This document shows positions 62,434 to 64,000 of a stretch of 64,000 nt of DNA, one piece after another. The notes under the pieces are model-generated. The model had not been told where the DNA came from. It did no database searches and was given only the letters and a program-made list of their open reading frames with translations. Source of the stretch: Saccostrea echinata (lineage: Eukaryota); contig NW_026889782.1 in the NCBI RefSeq assembly GCF_033153115.1, forward strand, positions 10,106,001 through 10,170,000, in the 5' to 3' direction. The position numbers were made by a program, and so were the translations under genes. Numbering within the stretch: position 1 is the first letter of the stretch; every line of letters starts with the position of its first letter.

Positions 62434-62927
62434 CTGGTCCCACCTCAGGAATTTTCGGTGTCTCTATCATGTTCCCTGTTCACAGATTTGTTTGTAGGTT
62501 TGTTGAGATCAAACTCTGATAGTATTTGTTAAAACGGAAAATACAAAGAATAAAAATCCGCATCCATGTTTTCAGTTTCACAATTTTTGAAGCCATACAT
62601 GCTGAAAATGGTTGAAAAATACATTTTGTTTACTTTTAATTTATTCCTATATGTTTAATTTTTTAAAGTCAAAATTTAACGGAAAACAATACAACTTAAC
62701 CAGCTACATTATCTGGCCATATATACGCTTTACATAGTCTATACAAAGGTGTAAATGACCGAAGTTTAATAACCTGAGGGCGTTCTAAGCAGACAATCTA
62801 TGTCCGTTACTGGGATGTTTAATATAAATACAAATGAAGGAACATGTTGCCTTACAATCATTTAGATCTCCAGACAGCAATCACACTTGTAGTACTTGTA
62901 TTTTAATAAATACAATCCAAAATTAAT

Positions 62928-62979
<52 letters not shown>

Positions 62980-63174
62980 TAGATATTTCAATTGTATAAT
63001 CTATACAGAGCCCTTGAATGAGAAAACACTGAGTGCTAGATAACGAATTGCGTGTATCAGATTCAATGCTGTGAAAATCCTGTCAAAATAACCATTATAA
63101 TTATTATTATTATCGTAATTGACTGTATCCTTGTTTAAATATCTAATTTCACCCGATCTTTATATACCGCAAAT

Positions 63175-64000
63175 TCTAAATTGTAGAATCTATACTTATG
63201 AATTGATAAATTTTGCAAATAAACTCAGAAACGCCTGCATCATAGTTCATAATCACTCCTCTTAGAATACGTACACAAAGTATGAGGTAATATCCGTAAA
63301 CTATATATAGTCTGTCCTCCATTATTTTTTTCTTTATTTACACCATTATTATATGTTTTATATGTATCTTTCTTTTTTTGTCCTCATTTTCTGTATAATT
63401 ATATCAAATCCTTGTACCTCTAACCTGAATTTAATATGCTGTAAATATTTTTCATTGTCTAATGTACCATATATTTAAATTGATTTTGTAAATAAATGAG
63501 CTAGAACTTGGTTTCACTCGCATAGTAATTATCGTAAATTTCATTAGAATTTTATTTTCATTTGCGATAAAAGGTCTTAAAATAGCAAAAAGAGAGTAAG
63601 GTGGTGGTTCTGGTTAGCGTATCTAAGTTACTGGCAATTTTTAATTAAACTGACAACAGGTAGTCGTTTATTTATTTCATAAAATATCATAACTGAATAA
63701 TTCAATCCAAAACTTCATATAATTGATATAAAAGAAATAATTTGTGATTATTGATTCAAAAGCAAAATGTGCAAATCATTTTCGTAATTCACCGATATTA
63801 ATCTTGACGGAAATTTCTAGAGCACATCACAATTGACAATCCTCTTCTGACTCACATACGCTCCATGCCATCCGAGGAGCTCCGAGTGAGAACATCACAT
63901 GCCATATAGTCCCATGTTAACAGAAAACAGAGGCAATTTAAAAAAAAACTTTGATGTGAATGGGCATGGAAATGATGGTAAAGCAAGTGATAACACTATA
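63175..64000 (+). repeat. Duplicated non-coding block, copy 2 (runs off the window)
   Basis: Colinear with 39660-40216 apart from two insertions (~63305-63510 and ~63825-63900). Confidence 0.85.

Overview
AT-rich eukaryotic DNA with spliceosomal introns. The repeat content (a Helentron-type element with a ~167-bp satellite, tRNA-derived SINEs, Naiad-type Penelope-like elements) points to a bivalve, most likely an oyster; this assignment is inferred. Protein-coding content: (i) the last exon of an unidentified gene (30-800); (ii) a birth-and-death cluster of seven intronless orphan class-A 7TM receptor copies, only one intact (16896-18017, minus), in which the TM3 D/ERY arginine is replaced (TQY/SQY/AQY) in the five copies that retain TM3; (iii) a five-coding-exon ependymin-related secreted protein gene (42467-48789) that the ORF track mostly misses. 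The ependymin gene sits inside the receptor cluster and its upstream DNA recurs about 23.5 kb downstream, hinting at a tandemly duplicated ependymin + receptor unit. The most striking non-coding structure is a pair of near-identical ~1.2-kb inverted arms (23747-24950 / 36314-37494) around ~11.4 kb of non-coding DNA, each arm carrying a perfect 30-bp-stem hairpin. The rest is decayed and nested transposable elements (L1/Tx1, Penelope-like, mariner, hAT, Harbinger-like, Academ-like, Helitron/Helentron, SINEs) plus one 154-N gap. All alignments and family assignments were made by eye from motifs; no searches were run.
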